A stretch of DNA of 64,000 nucleotides from Patescibacteria group bacterium (GTDB lineage: Bacteria > Patescibacteriota > Minisyncoccia > Phycocordibacterales > PALSA-1337): contig JBBTRB010000002.1 in assembly GCA_038065395.1 (NCBI GenBank), positions 50,647 to 114,646 of the forward strand, read 5' to 3'. The position numbers and the translations under genes are program-made. Shown here piece after piece: positions 48,966-60,201 of this stretch. Position 1 is the first letter of the stretch, and every line of letters begins with the position of its first letter. Below the pieces are notes generated by a model. It did not search any database. It was not told where the DNA came from and worked only from the letters and a program-made list of their open reading frames with translations.

Positions 48966-49733
48966 TTATGGCTTTTTTTGTACTTCCACATACAAAAACA
49001 TCGGGATCTCTTTCCTCATACGATCTTCCTCTGCGGAACGAGCGCCGGTCTGACTTTTTTTGTGAGAGATCCATTCTTCGAGACGGGTGACTGCAAAACC
49101 AGCTTTGGTACAGGCTTTGAAATACACCTGAAGTGGTCGGTGGAATGAAACGGTGGTCTTTTTCTTGGTCGAGTCCTTCTCACCAGGAGTCATATCGATC
49201 TCGGAGGTCTTCTCGGACATATACCCGTCGAGTCTACGATATTGTTTGCTCGAAGCTTCGTCCCATGCCCAACTCGAGTTCCCTGGTATACGGAATGCAG
49301 GATGATTGAGGACAATATGGAGACGCGCCCCCGGTTTCAAAACTCTGGCCGCTTCTGCCAAAGTTTCCTGGAGACGTTCGATATTCTGGAGTGCCAAGAC
49401 GATAACCGCCTTGTTGAAAGATGCATTCTGGGCAAAGCCAAGCTTATCGGCCGGAGTTGCGTGATACTGGATCGATGCGGGCGAGTTCTTTTGGGCGAAG
49501 GTTATGAGCTCCTGTGCGATATCGGCACCAGTGACCTCTGCCCCTTTCTCGGCGAAAGCCCGTGCAAAATACCCCTGACCACAGGCGATCTCGATGATCA
49601 TATCGCCTTTTTGTGGTGCAACCAGACGAAGGAGGTTCGGAAGGATGACTTCTTTCTGATATGTCCCCTCGCCGTTCTCGAGGAGATCGTCGTACCAACC
49701 TGCCACAGAGCCCCATGATGTGTCTTTGTTCAT
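48966..49733 (-). CDS. class I SAM-dependent methyltransferase
   Basis: Motif I IIEIACGQGYFARAFAEKGAEVTGADIA. Confidence 0.8.
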   Translation of the reverse strand: MNKDTSWGSVAGWYDDLLENGEGTYQKEVILPNLLRLVAPQKGDMIIEIACGQGYFARAFAEKGAEVTGADIAQELITFAQKNSPASIQYHATPADKLGFAQNASFNKAVIVLALQNIERLQETLAEAARVLKPGARLHIVLNHPAFRIPGNSSWAWDEASSKQYRRLDGYMSEKTSEIDMTPGEKDSTKKKTTVSFHRPLQVYFKACTKAGFAVTRLEEWISHKKSQTGARSAEEDRMRKEIPMFLYVEVQKKP

Positions 49734-49761
49734 ATAAAATGTACCCTTAGTATACCTGAAG

Positions 49762-49779
49762 GCCTAGGGTAGACCTAGG
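49762..49779. repeat. CCTAGG-family element
   Basis: gcctagggtagacctagg. Confidence 0.6.
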
Positions 49780-49819
49780 CTCACCAAATCCCTGGTATAC
49801 TATCTACGTGCACAGCATT

Positions 49820-49894
49820 CCACCCTACTATCGGGCTAGCTCCGTGCAATACCAGCCGAAAGGCCGGAAAGAAGCTAGCCCGGTACTAAGGTGG
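49820..49894 (+). ncRNA. candidate structured RNA element (nested stems with GNRA tetraloop)
   Basis: P1 ccacc/ggtgg. P2 cgggctagc/gctagcccg (9 bp). P3 tccg/cgga. P4 gcc-GAAA-ggc. No family assigned. Confidence 0.2.
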
Positions 49895-50084
49895 AATATA
49901 TGACCGTTTTCAAGTCCCAGCCTAATATGGATACTTATTTCTGGCAACATAGACAGGTTCCAGACACTCTCTACATCATATAACGTCGGAAAGAAATTTT
50001 TGTTACAGGAAGCACAGGAGAGAATATTACCTGGGGACAATTGACACCTTGTAAAGAAATTAGGTGTGATAAAATTATCTCATT

Positions 50085-50462
50085 ATGCAAAACACAATAT
50101 TTTTAGCGCAGTTTTGGGGATGGCTTCTTATTATCCTTGGCCTGCTATTCTTCTTCAAGAGAAATGGCTACTTGGCAAAAATGATCGGCCTATCAGAAGA
50201 CAAAGAGTTCACTTTGCTTTCTGGCTACCTTGCGATCGTCATCGGTCTCGCTACGGTACTTCTTCACAACCTTTGGGTCAATGACTTCCGTGTGACGATC
50301 ACCGTCCTCGGTTGGCTCACTTTGGCGAAAGGGATCCTGCGCATCGCCCTCCCTTCTGTCTCGCATGGTGTTATCCGTATCATAAAGAGCAACGTCATCT
50401 TCTTCCGTGCCATCCTCTTGGTGATGGTGATCATCGGTTTCATGCTTATACGGATGAGTTAG
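50085..50462 (+). CDS. hypothetical membrane protein (4 TM)
   Basis: Hydrophobic throughout. 125 aa. Confidence 0.45.
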   Translation: MQNTIFLAQFWGWLLIILGLLFFFKRNGYLAKMIGLSEDKEFTLLSGYLAIVIGLATVLLHNLWVNDFRVTITVLGWLTLAKGILRIALPSVSHGVIRIIKSNVIFFRAILLVMVIIGFMLIRMS

Positions 50463-50577
50463 TCGCGAATTATAAAAGATAATGAAAAACCGTGGACATG
50501 AATCCGCGGTTTTTTGTTTTCTTTACTTATCTTCACAAATCCTATATTCTCGATCCTAGACAAAACCCACTAGATCT

Positions 50578-50901
50578 ATGCAAAAGACAACAGTTGCAGG
50601 ACCTCTCAATCTTTCAGGAGAATGGATCGGCCATTATCGTGGTCACTTCGACCAAGTAGTGAAGATCACCCACCTCGGCGATGAAGTCATTGCCGTCAAA
50701 ATCACCGGTGACGACCATGTACCAGGCGGTCAGGTAACATTTTGCGCCAATGTGAAAACCGGCGTAGGCAAGGGTCAAGTATCTGAGAAGGAATTCCGAA
50801 ATGCACAGTTTGTACCAGGAAAACTCACCATCCTGAGTCCAGAACGCATTGTGTTCACCTGGCAAGAATGTGGCAAAGTCGAGTTCCGCAAAGACGACTA
50901 A
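50578..50901 (+). CDS. hypothetical small protein
   Basis: 107-aa ORF followed by a canonical terminator. Confidence 0.45.
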   Translation: MQKTTVAGPLNLSGEWIGHYRGHFDQVVKITHLGDEVIAVKITGDDHVPGGQVTFCANVKTGVGKGQVSEKEFRNAQFVPGKLTILSPERIVFTWQECGKVEFRKDD

Positions 50902-50904
50902 CAA

Positions 50905-50928
50905 CGAGATGAGGATCTCGTTTTTTTA
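50905..50928 (+). terminator. rho-independent terminator
   Basis: cgagatgaggatctcg followed by ttttttt. Confidence 0.6.
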
Positions 50929-51194
50929 TTGATTGTTGTATAAAAAAGACCCACACCTCCGAAGAGTGCGGGCCTGCGTGACACAATCATCCTCATTCTC
51001 GATATTGGCAACAGTTGTGATACTCACCCCTATCCGTTAAGCCATGGCTCGCAGAGTCATCCCGAGATCCATCCGTGTACGGAACAAGGGTGCAGCCAGA
51101 ATTCACTCGGTGACACATTTAGATTTGAGTTTCCTTTTTTTCGGCTGAAGTGACTTTAATACATCAGCCTCAACCACCAAAACCCTGGAGAGCT

Positions 51195-51830
51195 TCAGAA
51201 CATAGAGTCACTCTCTGCAAGAGAAATTACTCCGAGTTCAATATAACTCATCCAGGCCCGATTCCGTCCAACTTTACGCGCAAGCATATGACAACTCAAT
51301 CCAAGCCCCTTCCGCCGAGTACGGATAAATGTACCCAGTGGACTATTTGTATCTTTAAGAGATCGTTCTGCCAGGAACTTACCCAGAACGCTCATGTCGA
51401 GACGAAGTACTTTGACCAATTTTTGCAACGTCTTGTAACCAACAACTTGCACATCGGACTCGAGACGTTTTGCATGATACATCCTCAGACCTACTCGAGA
51501 GATGAATTTTCCGAACGACATATTCAATGCCGTGCGTCGATCATAAACGAGCGTTCCCAGTTCTGTACGTGGACAATTGACTGGTTGCACAGGAACCCGA
51601 TCTTGCAGGTCCTGAACTGTACACTTGAGCACTTTTGCCAAACGGGCAGATTGCGGGGGTTTGAGAGACCTTTGTGATCCCATTTCCAACATCGAAATAG
51701 TATTCTGTTGAACGGAGGATAATTTTGCCAATTCAGGCTGACTCAAACCAAGCTTCAGACGACGAGTTCGAATGAAAGCCCCGAGCATTGTTTTGCTCGG
51801 AACCATGCCGACACCAATATTTCCACTCAT
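51195..51830 (-). CDS. tandem-XRE (two Cro/C1-type HTH domains) transcriptional regulator
   Basis: LGAFIRTRRLKLGLSQPELAKLSSVQQNTISMLEMG and LGTFIRTRRKGLGLSCHMLARKVGRNRAWMSYIELG. Confidence 0.7.
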   Translation of the reverse strand: MSGNIGVGMVPSKTMLGAFIRTRRLKLGLSQPELAKLSSVQQNTISMLEMGSQRSLKPPQSARLAKVLKCTVQDLQDRVPVQPVNCPRTELGTLVYDRRTALNMSFGKFISRVGLRMYHAKRLESDVQVVGYKTLQKLVKVLRLDMSVLGKFLAERSLKDTNSPLGTFIRTRRKGLGLSCHMLARKVGRNRAWMSYIELGVISLAESDSMF

Positions 51831-52009
51831 GAATTTCCTTTCTTGTAAAAATTCGTTGCGTGGGACTAAGCCCTTTGTCTAAGCCATTATTAACATGAAT
51901 TTATACTACTTGTCAAATGGTATCTGGACACATCGACCCTGTAGTAGCTTGCATTCCCCCACCAATATGGTATGATACTGTCATTACCAAGTTCGCCTGA
52001 CCGGCGGAC

Positions 52010-53275
52010 TTGTTTGTTAGAAGAAAGGTCTTTTCTAACAATTTATACAATTCAATAACAACTACATATATGTTTGATCTTAAAGTTATAAATTCCGTCG
52101 TTCAGCAGCTCGAAGAAGAACGAGGAATCCCAAAGGAAAAAAGTCTCGAAGCTATCGCCATGTCATTGGCGACAGCCTACAAGAAAGAATATGGCAAGAA
52201 AGGCCAGATCGTCCGTGCATCATTCGACCAGAGTAGTGGTGGAGTAGAGTTTTGGCAGGTCAAGATCGTCGTCGACCGCAACCAGGTCACCATGGAAGGC
52301 GAAGAAGAGGCTACCCATGAAGAACTCAAAGACGTAGCGACCGAAGATATCAAGATTCGCTTCAACCCAGAACAACACATGCTCCTCGAAGATGCCAAGC
52401 GCATCAAGCGCGACGTCGAGATCGGTGACGAACTCGTATTCCCTCTCGAAGCCAAGAGTGACTTCGGTCGCATCGCAGCTCAGACCGCAAAGCAGGTCAT
52501 CATCCAAAAGATCCGTGAAGCAGAGAAGGTCTCTGTCATGGGTGAATACGGCCAGAAAGAAGGCGAGATCGTCTCTGGTACCGTAGAGCGCATCGAACGT
52601 GGCACTGTGTTCATCGACATGGGACGCGCCGTCGGTGTTATCCCTTACGAAGAACAGATCCCGAGCGAACGCTGGAAGACCGGTGACCGCATCCGCGCAT
52701 ATCTCTATGCCGTAGAAGAGAGTCCTCGGGGCATCATCCTCAAGCTCTCCCGTGCACACCCAAAGCTCCTTGTGAAGCTCTTCGAGACCGAAGCTCCTGA
52801 GATCGCTCAGGGCATCGTCGAGATCAAGGCTATCGCCCGCGAAGCCGGCGCACGCTCCAAGCTCGCTGTTATATCTCACGATCCACACATTGACCCGATC
52901 GGCTCTCTCGTTGGTCAGCGCGGCGTCCGCGTAGGCACCGTCACCAGCGAACTTTCTGGTGAGAAGATAGACATCATCGAGTGGAATGAGAACCCGGCTC
53001 TCTTCGTCGAAGAGGCCCTCTCACCTGCCGAAGTAGTCTCTATCGAACTCGACGAACAGGCTCATCGTGCCATCGTCACTGTCACCGAAGACGAACAGTC
53101 TCTCGCGATCGGCAAAGGTGGCCAGAACGTCCGTCTTGCAGCCAAACTCACCGGCTGGAAGATCGATATCAAGTCAGCTACTCCTGCAAAAACAGAAGAA
53201 TCTGAAGATGAAGATGAGACCGAGGAACCTACAGCAGAAAAAACCGAGGTTACTCCAGAAGAAAAGACCGCATAA
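52010..53275 (+). CDS. nusA: transcription termination/antitermination factor NusA
   Basis: NusA N domain, S1 and two KH domains. Acidic C-terminal tail. The likely start is Met at 52070. Confidence 0.9.
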   Translation: MFVRRKVFSNNLYNSITTTYMFDLKVINSVVQQLEEERGIPKEKSLEAIAMSLATAYKKEYGKKGQIVRASFDQSSGGVEFWQVKIVVDRNQVTMEGEEEATHEELKDVATEDIKIRFNPEQHMLLEDAKRIKRDVEIGDELVFPLEAKSDFGRIAAQTAKQVIIQKIREAEKVSVMGEYGQKEGEIVSGTVERIERGTVFIDMGRAVGVIPYEEQIPSERWKTGDRIRAYLYAVEESPRGIILKLSRAHPKLLVKLFETEAPEIAQGIVEIKAIAREAGARSKLAVISHDPHIDPIGSLVGQRGVRVGTVTSELSGEKIDIIEWNENPALFVEEALSPAEVVSIELDEQAHRAIVTVTEDEQSLAIGKGGQNVRLAAKLTGWKIDIKSATPAKTEESEDEDETEEPTAEKTEVTPEEKTA

Positions 53276-53390
53276 TATAGAAAAGTTTCCAAAAACAAAA
53301 GCGCCCCGATGTTATGTCAGGGCGTTTTTTGCATATCACGAGAGAGCCAGGGCAAGTAGCTTGCCTTATTATTCACAAACGAGACTAGTC

Positions 53391-53612
53391 CTAGAAATCC
53401 AAGAGATCCTTGATATGTACACCGAGAGTATCTGCGAATTTCCTGAGGTTATGGATAGTGATGTTCTTCTCACCACGCTCGATCATACCTACATAGGTGC
53501 GATGAACCTTGGCCTTATGGCCGAACTGTTCTTGCGAAACACCCATCTTCTCGCGTTCAGCACGGATCCTCTTGCCCAAAAATATAAGAAATTGTTTGTT
53601 TGAATGAGACAT
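53391..53612 (-). CDS. XRE-family HTH transcriptional regulator
   Basis: Single Cro/C1 HTH (LGKRIRAEREKMGVSQEQFGHKAKVHRTYVGMIERG). Confidence 0.75.
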   Translation of the reverse strand: MSHSNKQFLIFLGKRIRAEREKMGVSQEQFGHKAKVHRTYVGMIERGEKNITIHNLRKFADTLGVHIKDLLDF

Positions 53613-53792
53613 ATGTGTAAATCAAGTCTACCTAGGGATGAGATTTGACTCTACATACTAAAGATAGCGTAGTCAATAGCCACCCGCACAATATCCCTGT
53701 TTTCCTTGCTTATTCGGCCTTTTTTTACTAGAATGCTCGCATCGTCACAGGTGTCTGTTTTATAAAAAGTAAGCTATATATTCGCACATATT

Positions 53793-55811
53793 ATGAATTC
53801 TTACGTTATTTTCGCTCTTATCAGTTCAGTTGCAGCTATTGCCTATGGATTCTTCTTGATCTCCTGGATCATGAAAAAGCCCGCTGGTAATGCTCGTATG
53901 CAAGAGATCGCAGCCGCTATCCAGGCTGGCGCAAAAGCATACCTCAACCGCCAGTATCGTACTATTACTATCATTGCAGTCGTTTTGTTCGTTATTCTTG
54001 GCCTCGCATTGGGATGGACTATCGCCATCGGGTTCGTGGTAGGTGCAGTTCTCTCTGCGCTGGCTGGATATATCGGCATGAACGTCTCCGTCCGTACCAA
54101 CGTCCGTACGACCGAAGCGGCACGCAACGGCCTCGCTTCTGCCCTTTCGTTGGCATTCAACGGTGGTGCAGTTACCGGACTTCTCGTAGTCGGTCTCGCC
54201 CTCCTCGGTGTTACGGTCTTTTATGCGATCACCCAGGACGTCAGCTCTCTCATCGGTCTTGCCTTCGGTTCGAGTTTGATCTCAGTTTTCGCCCGTTTGG
54301 GTGGAGGCATCTTCACCAAAGCTGCTGATGTCGGTACTGACCTTGTAGGAAAGGTTGAGGCTGGTATTCCTGAGGACGATCCTCGTAATCCTGGTGTTAT
54401 CGCCGACAACGTAGGAGACAACGTAGGAGACTGTGCAGGTATGGCAGCAGACCTCTTCGAAACATACGCCGTTACCACTATTGCGGCCATGATGCTCGGA
54501 GTCTCTACGTTCACAGACACATTCACGACTGCTACAGGGGTTGTCACCGGCACCTTCGCCAACGCCCCTCTCTATCCGCTCGCACTCGGTGGTATCGCTA
54601 TCTTTGCCTCTATCATCGGCACCTGGTTCGTCCGTCTCGGCAAGTCCCAAAACATCATGGGAGCCCTCTACAAAGGCCTGATCGCCGCTGGCGTTATCTC
54701 TGCAGTTGCGTTCTACCCTATCACCAACATGATGATGGCCAATAACGGCAAGTACAGTGTGATGAACCTCTTCTTGTGTGCTATCGTCGGACTCGTCGTG
54801 ACAGCCCTTCTGGTCTGGATCACCGAATACTTCACATCTACTGCGTATAAACCTGTTCGTTCTATCGCTCAAGCCTCACTCTCTGGTCATGGCACCAACA
54901 TCATCCAGGGTCTCGCCATATCCATGAAGTCGACCGCATGGCCACTTCTGACCATCGTTGCAGGTATCTTGGTCTCTTACAACTTCGCTGGCCTCTACGG
55001 TATCGCGATCGCCGCTATGTCGATGCTCTCTATGGCTGGTATCATCGTTGCGATCGATGCCTATGGTCCGATCACTGACAATGCAGGTGGTATCGCCGAG
55101 ATGTCCGACCTTCCGAAGGAGGTTCGTGATGTTACCGATCCGCTCGATGCAGTCGGCAACACTACCAAGGCCGTTACCAAGGGTTACGCTATCGGTTCTG
55201 CCGGTCTTGCCGCTCTGGTACTCTTCTCAGAATACACACACCTCATCCCGGGTACCCTCTTTGACCTTTCCAACCCACTCGTTATCGTTGGACTCTTCAT
55301 CGGAGGCCTCCTCCCTTACTATTTTGCAGCGCTTTCCATGGAAGCTGTGGGCAAAGCCGCTGGCAAAGTCGTCGATGAAGTCCGTCGTCAGTTCCGCGAG
55401 ATCCCAGGTATCATGCAAGGCACCGCCAAGCCTGACTATGCACGCTGTGTCGATATTGTGACTTCAGCCGCTATCAAAGAGATGATCATCCCTGCTCTCA
55501 TCCCGGTATTGACCCCGATCGTTGTCGGATTCACCTTGGGACCAGTAGCGCTCGGAGGACTTCTCGTCGGATCTATCATTACCGGGCTTTTCGTGGCTAT
55601 ATCTATGACTTCCGGTGGAGGTGCATGGGACAATGCCAAGAAATACATCGAGCTCGGCAACCATGGTGGCAAGGGCTCAGATGCTCACAAGGCCGCTGTT
55701 ACTGGTGACACTGTTGGTGATCCTTACAAGGATACCGCTGGTCCTGCGATCAACCCAATGATCAAGATCTTGAACATTGTGGCGCTTCTGATCGTGGCAT
55801 TCTTGGTATAG
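53793..55811 (+). CDS. hppA: membrane-bound H+/Na+-translocating pyrophosphatase
   Basis: [22 protein letters not shown] and other M-PPase signatures. About 16 TM. Length 672 aa. Confidence 0.95.
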   Translation: MNSYVIFALISSVAAIAYGFFLISWIMKKPAGNARMQEIAAAIQAGAKAYLNRQYRTITIIAVVLFVILGLALGWTIAIGFVVGAVLSALAGYIGMNVSVRTNVRTTEAARNGLASALSLAFNGGAVTGLLVVGLALLGVTVFYAITQDVSSLIGLAFGSSLISVFARLGGGIFTKAADVGTDLVGKVEAGIPEDDPRNPGVIADNVGDNVGDCAGMAADLFETYAVTTIAAMMLGVSTFTDTFTTATGVVTGTFANAPLYPLALGGIAIFASIIGTWFVRLGKSQNIMGALYKGLIAAGVISAVAFYPITNMMMANNGKYSVMNLFLCAIVGLVVTALLVWITEYFTSTAYKPVRSIAQASLSGHGTNIIQGLAISMKSTAWPLLTIVAGILVSYNFAGLYGIAIAAMSMLSMAGIIVAIDAYGPITDNAGGIAEMSDLPKEVRDVTDPLDAVGNTTKAVTKGYAIGSAGLAALVLFSEYTHLIPGTLFDLSNPLVIVGLFIGGLLPYYFAALSMEAVGKAAGKVVDEVRRQFREIPGIMQGTAKPDYARCVDIVTSAAIKEMIIPALIPVLTPIVVGFTLGPVALGGLLVGSIITGLFVAISMTSGGGAWDNAKKYIELGNHGGKGSDAHKAAVTGDTVGDPYKDTAGPAINPMIKILNIVALLIVAFLV

Positions 55812-55995
55812 AACCTCAGAGATTTATGGGAAGGGTTCGGGATATATATCCCGAACCATCAACAAAGAATCGCCTTGACTATGTTCAAGGCGGTTTTTGT
55901 TGTACAAGACAGACGACTTATTCCCCTATGATATACTGTACGTGCTATAGATCTTCTATAGCTTTTTACTTAATTAATCATTCCTTATTCTATTT

Positions 55996-56769
55996 ATGAA
56001 AAAACTTTTAACTATTGCGCTCTGCGCCGTGATACTCTCGACTTCAACAGTCGTAGCGGCTCGCGAAGGCGAAGAAGCGGGAGTTCCTGTACGTGCCGAG
56101 GCTTCGATCCGCACACAGCTCCGTGGACCAGAAGACAAGCCGGGTATGCCTCTCGGTGGACGTCTCATGAGCTCGACTACTCGTGCCGAGATCAAAGACA
56201 TACGTGTCGAAAACCGTGAGAAAGTCGGCGATATGCGCGTCGATGCTCGAGTACAGATGAAGGGTGCCTCTTCTTCTCAAGAAAGAAAAGACATTCGTTC
56301 CGGTCTCCGCAAAGACATCTTCAAGGCTCATCAGGCACGCCTGACTGCCCAGTTGACGCTCGCCCTCGATAACCTCAAGCAGATCCGAGCTCGTATCGCA
56401 GCTCGTATCGACAAAGCAGAGGCTAGTGGCCGTACTATGACCGATGCCAAGGCTCTGCTCGTTACTGCAGATGCCAAGATCACGCTCGCGGCGCAACAGA
56501 TCGATATCCTCGCCTCGTTCACTCCGCCAGTGGCAACGTCAACTGACACTTCTGCCGCAGCTGATGCCTCTGTCGAAGTAGAGCTCGAAAAGCCTCGCCA
56601 GGTCGCAGAGAATGCAATCAAAGCCGTGAAAGATGCCCGCAAGGCATTGGTCGAAGTTACTATCGCAGTAGCCAAGAACATGGGTATCCGATGTAACACC
56701 GAAGGTGAAGCTCTCAAGTGTCAGGCAACTACAGACACAACTATTAACGCCACCACTACAACTCCTTAG
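55996..56769 (+). CDS. secreted alpha-helical hypothetical protein
   Basis: Signal peptide (LLTIALCAVILSTSTVVAA). Helical A/R/K-rich body. Confidence 0.5.
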   Translation: MKKLLTIALCAVILSTSTVVAAREGEEAGVPVRAEASIRTQLRGPEDKPGMPLGGRLMSSTTRAEIKDIRVENREKVGDMRVDARVQMKGASSSQERKDIRSGLRKDIFKAHQARLTAQLTLALDNLKQIRARIAARIDKAEASGRTMTDAKALLVTADAKITLAAQQIDILASFTPPVATSTDTSAAADASVEVELEKPRQVAENAIKAVKDARKALVEVTIAVAKNMGIRCNTEGEALKCQATTDTTINATTTTP

Positions 56770-56786
56770 TATTTATTCATCCCACT

Positions 56787-57044
56787 ATGAATCCTCAACA
56801 ATCACCTGCAACAGAAACTTCCAAGACCAAGCCGATGATGATGCTCCTCACAGGCATCCTCGTCCTTATCATCGTCGTATTGTATATCTTCGCATCTCGA
56901 ACCCCATCGTCATCTCTCCCGAACGAGAACTTGACGACCGAGACCACCGAAGTCCAACCTGTCACCAATAGCTCTGACGACGTATCTTCGATCGAAGCAG
57001 ACCTCAATACTTCCATCACCGGACTCGACGAACAGAACTTCTAG
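56787..57044 (+). CDS. small membrane protein
   Basis: One TM (MMMLLTGILVLIIVVLYIFA). Terminator follows. Confidence 0.4.
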   Translation: MNPQQSPATETSKTKPMMMLLTGILVLIIVVLYIFASRTPSSSLPNENLTTETTEVQPVTNSSDDVSSIEADLNTSITGLDEQNF

Positions 57045-57071
57045 TATATTCTTCTCGAAACCGTACACGAA

Positions 57072-57095
57072 AGAGGGTTACGCCCTCTTTTTTGT
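57072..57095 (+). terminator. rho-independent terminator
   Basis: agagggttacgccctct followed by ttttttg. Confidence 0.6.
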
Positions 57096-57241
57096 TTCCT
57101 CTTGTCGTCTTGGTTTGATGAAAGGGCAAAATCGGAATAGTACATCTTGATGACACGGATATTTTTCTGCTGAAAAATTCCTAGTGCTCGCGCCAGTCGC
57201 GCTCGCAATGTCCTCAAAATGTACTATTCCAATTTTGCGGT

Positions 57242-58375
57242 GTGTACCTGAACATGTCTTGCAAATGTATGGCATATTCATGTAGACTGCTTTTCATGTC
57301 AAAAAACACAAAAACCTACACCTCCGCTGAGGTAAAAAGTCTCGACGCTTCACGCATCGAGATCACCGGAACAATCGCACCCGAAGTCTGGACGAAGCAT
57401 CGTGCTGCCGCCCTCAAACATATCAATGACTCCGTCACGATCGACGGCTTCCGCAAGGGCATGATCCCCGAGAACATCCTCGTTTCCAAAGTCGGTGAAG
57501 CCGCTGTCCTCGAAGAGATGGCCGAACTCGCTATTTCGAAAGCCTACATCGATATCATCGTCGACAACACGATCGACGCCATCGGTCGCCCAGAGATCCA
57601 GGTCACCAAACTCGCCCTCGACAACCCGCTCGAGTTCACTGCAACTACTGCTGTCATGCCGAACATTCTTCTTCCTGATTACAAAAAGATTGCTACAGAA
57701 GAAATAGCAAAAACTTCTGGTGAAGAAGTTGTCGTCACCGACGTAGAAGTCGACGAGGCCATCGTACGCATCCGCAAATCTCGCGTCTCACACGAAGGTC
57801 ACGATCATGGCACCATGACTCCCGAAGAGCACGACAAGATGGTCACTGACTCTATGCCAGAGCTCACCGATGCATTCGTAAAAAGTCTCGGCAAATTCGC
57901 CGACGTTGCTGACTTCAAGAAAAAGATTTCCGAAATGGTTCTCGAGGAGAAGAAGAACGCGGCCAACGAAAAGCGTCGCATCCGTATCGCCGACGCCATC
58001 TCTCTTGCAACCAAGATCGAACTACCGACCATCATGATCGACAGCGAACTTTCTCGTACCGAAGCACAATTCAAAAGTGACATCGAACGCATGGGAGTGA
58101 CTCTCGAGGACTATCTCAAGCATGCAAAAAAGACGATCGAGGATCTCCGTACCGAGTGGCGTCCTCATGCAGAGAAGAAAGCAAAGTTGCAACTGATCCT
58201 CAACGAGATCGCCAAGATCGAAAAGCTCTCCCCTTCTGCCCAAGAGATCGAAACCGAAGTCGGTCACATCGTCGAACACTACAAAGATGCTGACCGTGAA
58301 CGTGCCACCGTCTACGCCGAAACCGTTCTCACCAACGAAAAAGTTTTTGCTTTTTTGGAAGGTACGAAGAAGTAA
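57242..58375 (+). CDS. tig: trigger factor (short form)
   Basis: The ribosome-binding signature GFRKGMIP is present and the C-terminal chaperone arm is recognisable. The PPIase domain appears reduced or absent. The likely start is Met at 57296. Confidence 0.8.
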   Translation: MYLNMSCKCMAYSCRLLFMSKNTKTYTSAEVKSLDASRIEITGTIAPEVWTKHRAAALKHINDSVTIDGFRKGMIPENILVSKVGEAAVLEEMAELAISKAYIDIIVDNTIDAIGRPEIQVTKLALDNPLEFTATTAVMPNILLPDYKKIATEEIAKTSGEEVVVTDVEVDEAIVRIRKSRVSHEGHDHGTMTPEEHDKMVTDSMPELTDAFVKSLGKFADVADFKKKISEMVLEEKKNAANEKRRIRIADAISLATKIELPTIMIDSELSRTEAQFKSDIERMGVTLEDYLKHAKKTIEDLRTEWRPHAEKKAKLQLILNEIAKIEKLSPSAQEIETEVGHIVEHYKDADRERATVYAETVLTNEKVFAFLEGTKK

Positions 58376-58472
58376 GTCAGTTACATTTCATACATAAAAT
58401 ACTCTCTCGACTATGCAGCCGAGAGAGTATTTTCTTTGTGTGTGAAACATATACAAAAAACTCTCACCAGTA

Positions 58473-58673
58473 TTAGTGAGAGCGACTCCAACAACGTGCA
58501 CACATACCACCGGACTGACCTTCGTCTTTGTGAAACAGTTGATCACATTTACCGCATCTACCCTCCTCAACTCTTTGATCAAACAGAGAATTTGTAGATG
58601 GATATATTTTCACAGGAACAGGTGTAAGCGTAAGCCGCATGATCACCTGTCGAATCGTTGATATAAAACTCAT
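58473..58673 (-). CDS. possible small zinc-ribbon protein
   Basis: CGKCDQ...CARC. A minus-strand terminator hairpin (58455-58481) overlaps the stop. Confidence 0.25.
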   Translation of the reverse strand: MSFISTIRQVIMRLTLTPVPVKIYPSTNSLFDQRVEEGRCGKCDQLFHKDEGQSGGMCARCWSRSH

Positions 58674-58760
58674 TCTAAACTGATACTATCACTCCCTGTG
58701 ATATATGCAATGCATCGAAACATGTTTCACCACCGTCACGTCGTGTTCCCTAGTGAAACT

Positions 58761-59543
58761 TTACTTTGGAGCGAATACCACCAACGATAGGGCAGCAACA
58801 ACGGCGGTTTCTGTGCGTAGAATCTGCGAACCAAGACACTTCACTGGGATATTGTGTGTGTGAAACATCTCTATCTCCTGTGGTGACCATCCACCTTCTG
58901 GTCCTATGAAACAGGCAAGGTCAGCCTTTTGTGTCGTGTAACTTGAGAGATCTTCTCTCTTGAGTAGTTCTCCTTCGGTGTGAAACGCGATCTTCTGGAT
59001 GTTGGATGAGGTTGGTGAGGCAGGACCTTGCTGGAGCAAATCCTCCACGTCCAACAAGCCCATGATGGGATGCACCATAGGTATAGTGTCGCGACCGGAC
59101 TGTTCGCTCGCCTCAATTGCGATTTTATTCAAGCGCACAGCATTCAAAGATTTCTTCTCACTACGTTCGGCCATGACAGGGATAATATCTGTCACACCGA
59201 GTTCGGTTGCCTTTTCGACAATCCATTCGAAGGTATCTTTTTTGGTAATTGCTGCACACAAAAATAATTTCTGTTGAGTTGATGAACGACTCCGTTCCAT
59301 CGCAGTCACGCGCAGGCGTATGCTGTTGTCGCTAACTATAATACTCCCTGTATCAGAATCGTCAATCTTACATATGTAGTCAAAATGTGTTCCATTGAAG
59401 AGGATGATCGAGTCGCCTTTCTTGAGACGAAAAACTCGACGAACCTGGTGTACCAGTTCAGCCGAGTCTATCGTGAAAACATGTTCTGTATCTATTTTTT
59501 CAGTTGTGTAAAAACGATGGAGACGCATATATTGCAATTGCAC
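58761..59543 (-). CDS. rsmE: 16S rRNA (uracil1498-N3)-methyltransferase RsmE
   Basis: MRLHRFY..., GPEGGWS, LGSQILRTETA. The likely start is at 59528. Confidence 0.85.
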   Translation of the reverse strand: MQLQYMRLHRFYTTEKIDTEHVFTIDSAELVHQVRRVFRLKKGDSIILFNGTHFDYICKIDDSDTGSIIVSDNSIRLRVTAMERSRSSTQQKLFLCAAITKKDTFEWIVEKATELGVTDIIPVMAERSEKKSLNAVRLNKIAIEASEQSGRDTIPMVHPIMGLLDVEDLLQQGPASPTSSNIQKIAFHTEGELLKREDLSSYTTQKADLACFIGPEGGWSPQEIEMFHTHNIPVKCLGSQILRTETAVVAALSLVVFAPK

Positions 59544-59610
59544 TATTTAACCATTCAACAATTACTCCTACACTTTAATCTTTCAATGGTTTAATTGTTC
59601 AATGGTTGAA

Positions 59611-60192
59611 TTATTTCTTCACTGCCATGACCTGGTCGACGATGCCGTACTTCTTGGCTTCATCTGCATCCATGAAGAAATCTCGATCGACATCCTTCTC
59701 AACCTTCGAGAGAGACTGTCCGGTATTCTTGGCCAACATTTTGTTGAGACTGGCACGGATCTTGAGGATGTGTTTTGCGCTGATCTCGATATCAGATGCC
59801 TGACCTTCACTACCTCCATGTGGCTGATGGATCATCACTTCAGAATTCGGCAGTGCGTATCTCTTGCCTTTGGTACCAGCAGAGAGGATGACTGCCGCCA
59901 TCGATGCTGCCATACCGACGCAGACGGTCGAGATGTCGTTCTTGATATGCTGCATGGTGTCGATGATCGCCATACCTGCATGCACCTGTCCCCCACCGGA
60001 GTTGATGTAGAGTGAGATCTCTTTCTTGGGATCTTCGGACTGTAGGAAGAGAAGCTGTGCGATCACGAGGTTCGCCACATGATCATCGATAGGACCCCCG
60101 AGGAAGACGATACCATCTCTCAAAAGGCGTGAGTATATATCGTACGCACGTTCGCCGAAACTGGATTTTTCTATAACGGTTGGGATAAGCAT
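59611..60192 (-). CDS. clpP: ATP-dependent Clp protease proteolytic subunit
   Basis: Catalytic Ser context [11 protein letters not shown], His MIHQPHGG. Length 193 aa. Confidence 0.95.
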   Translation of the reverse strand: MLIPTVIEKSSFGERAYDIYSRLLRDGIVFLGGPIDDHVANLVIAQLLFLQSEDPKKEISLYINSGGGQVHAGMAIIDTMQHIKNDISTVCVGMAASMAAVILSAGTKGKRYALPNSEVMIHQPHGGSEGQASDIEISAKHILKIRASLNKMLAKNTGQSLSKVEKDVDRDFFMDADEAKKYGIVDQVMAVKK

Positions 60193-60201
60193 ATTATTTG
60201 T

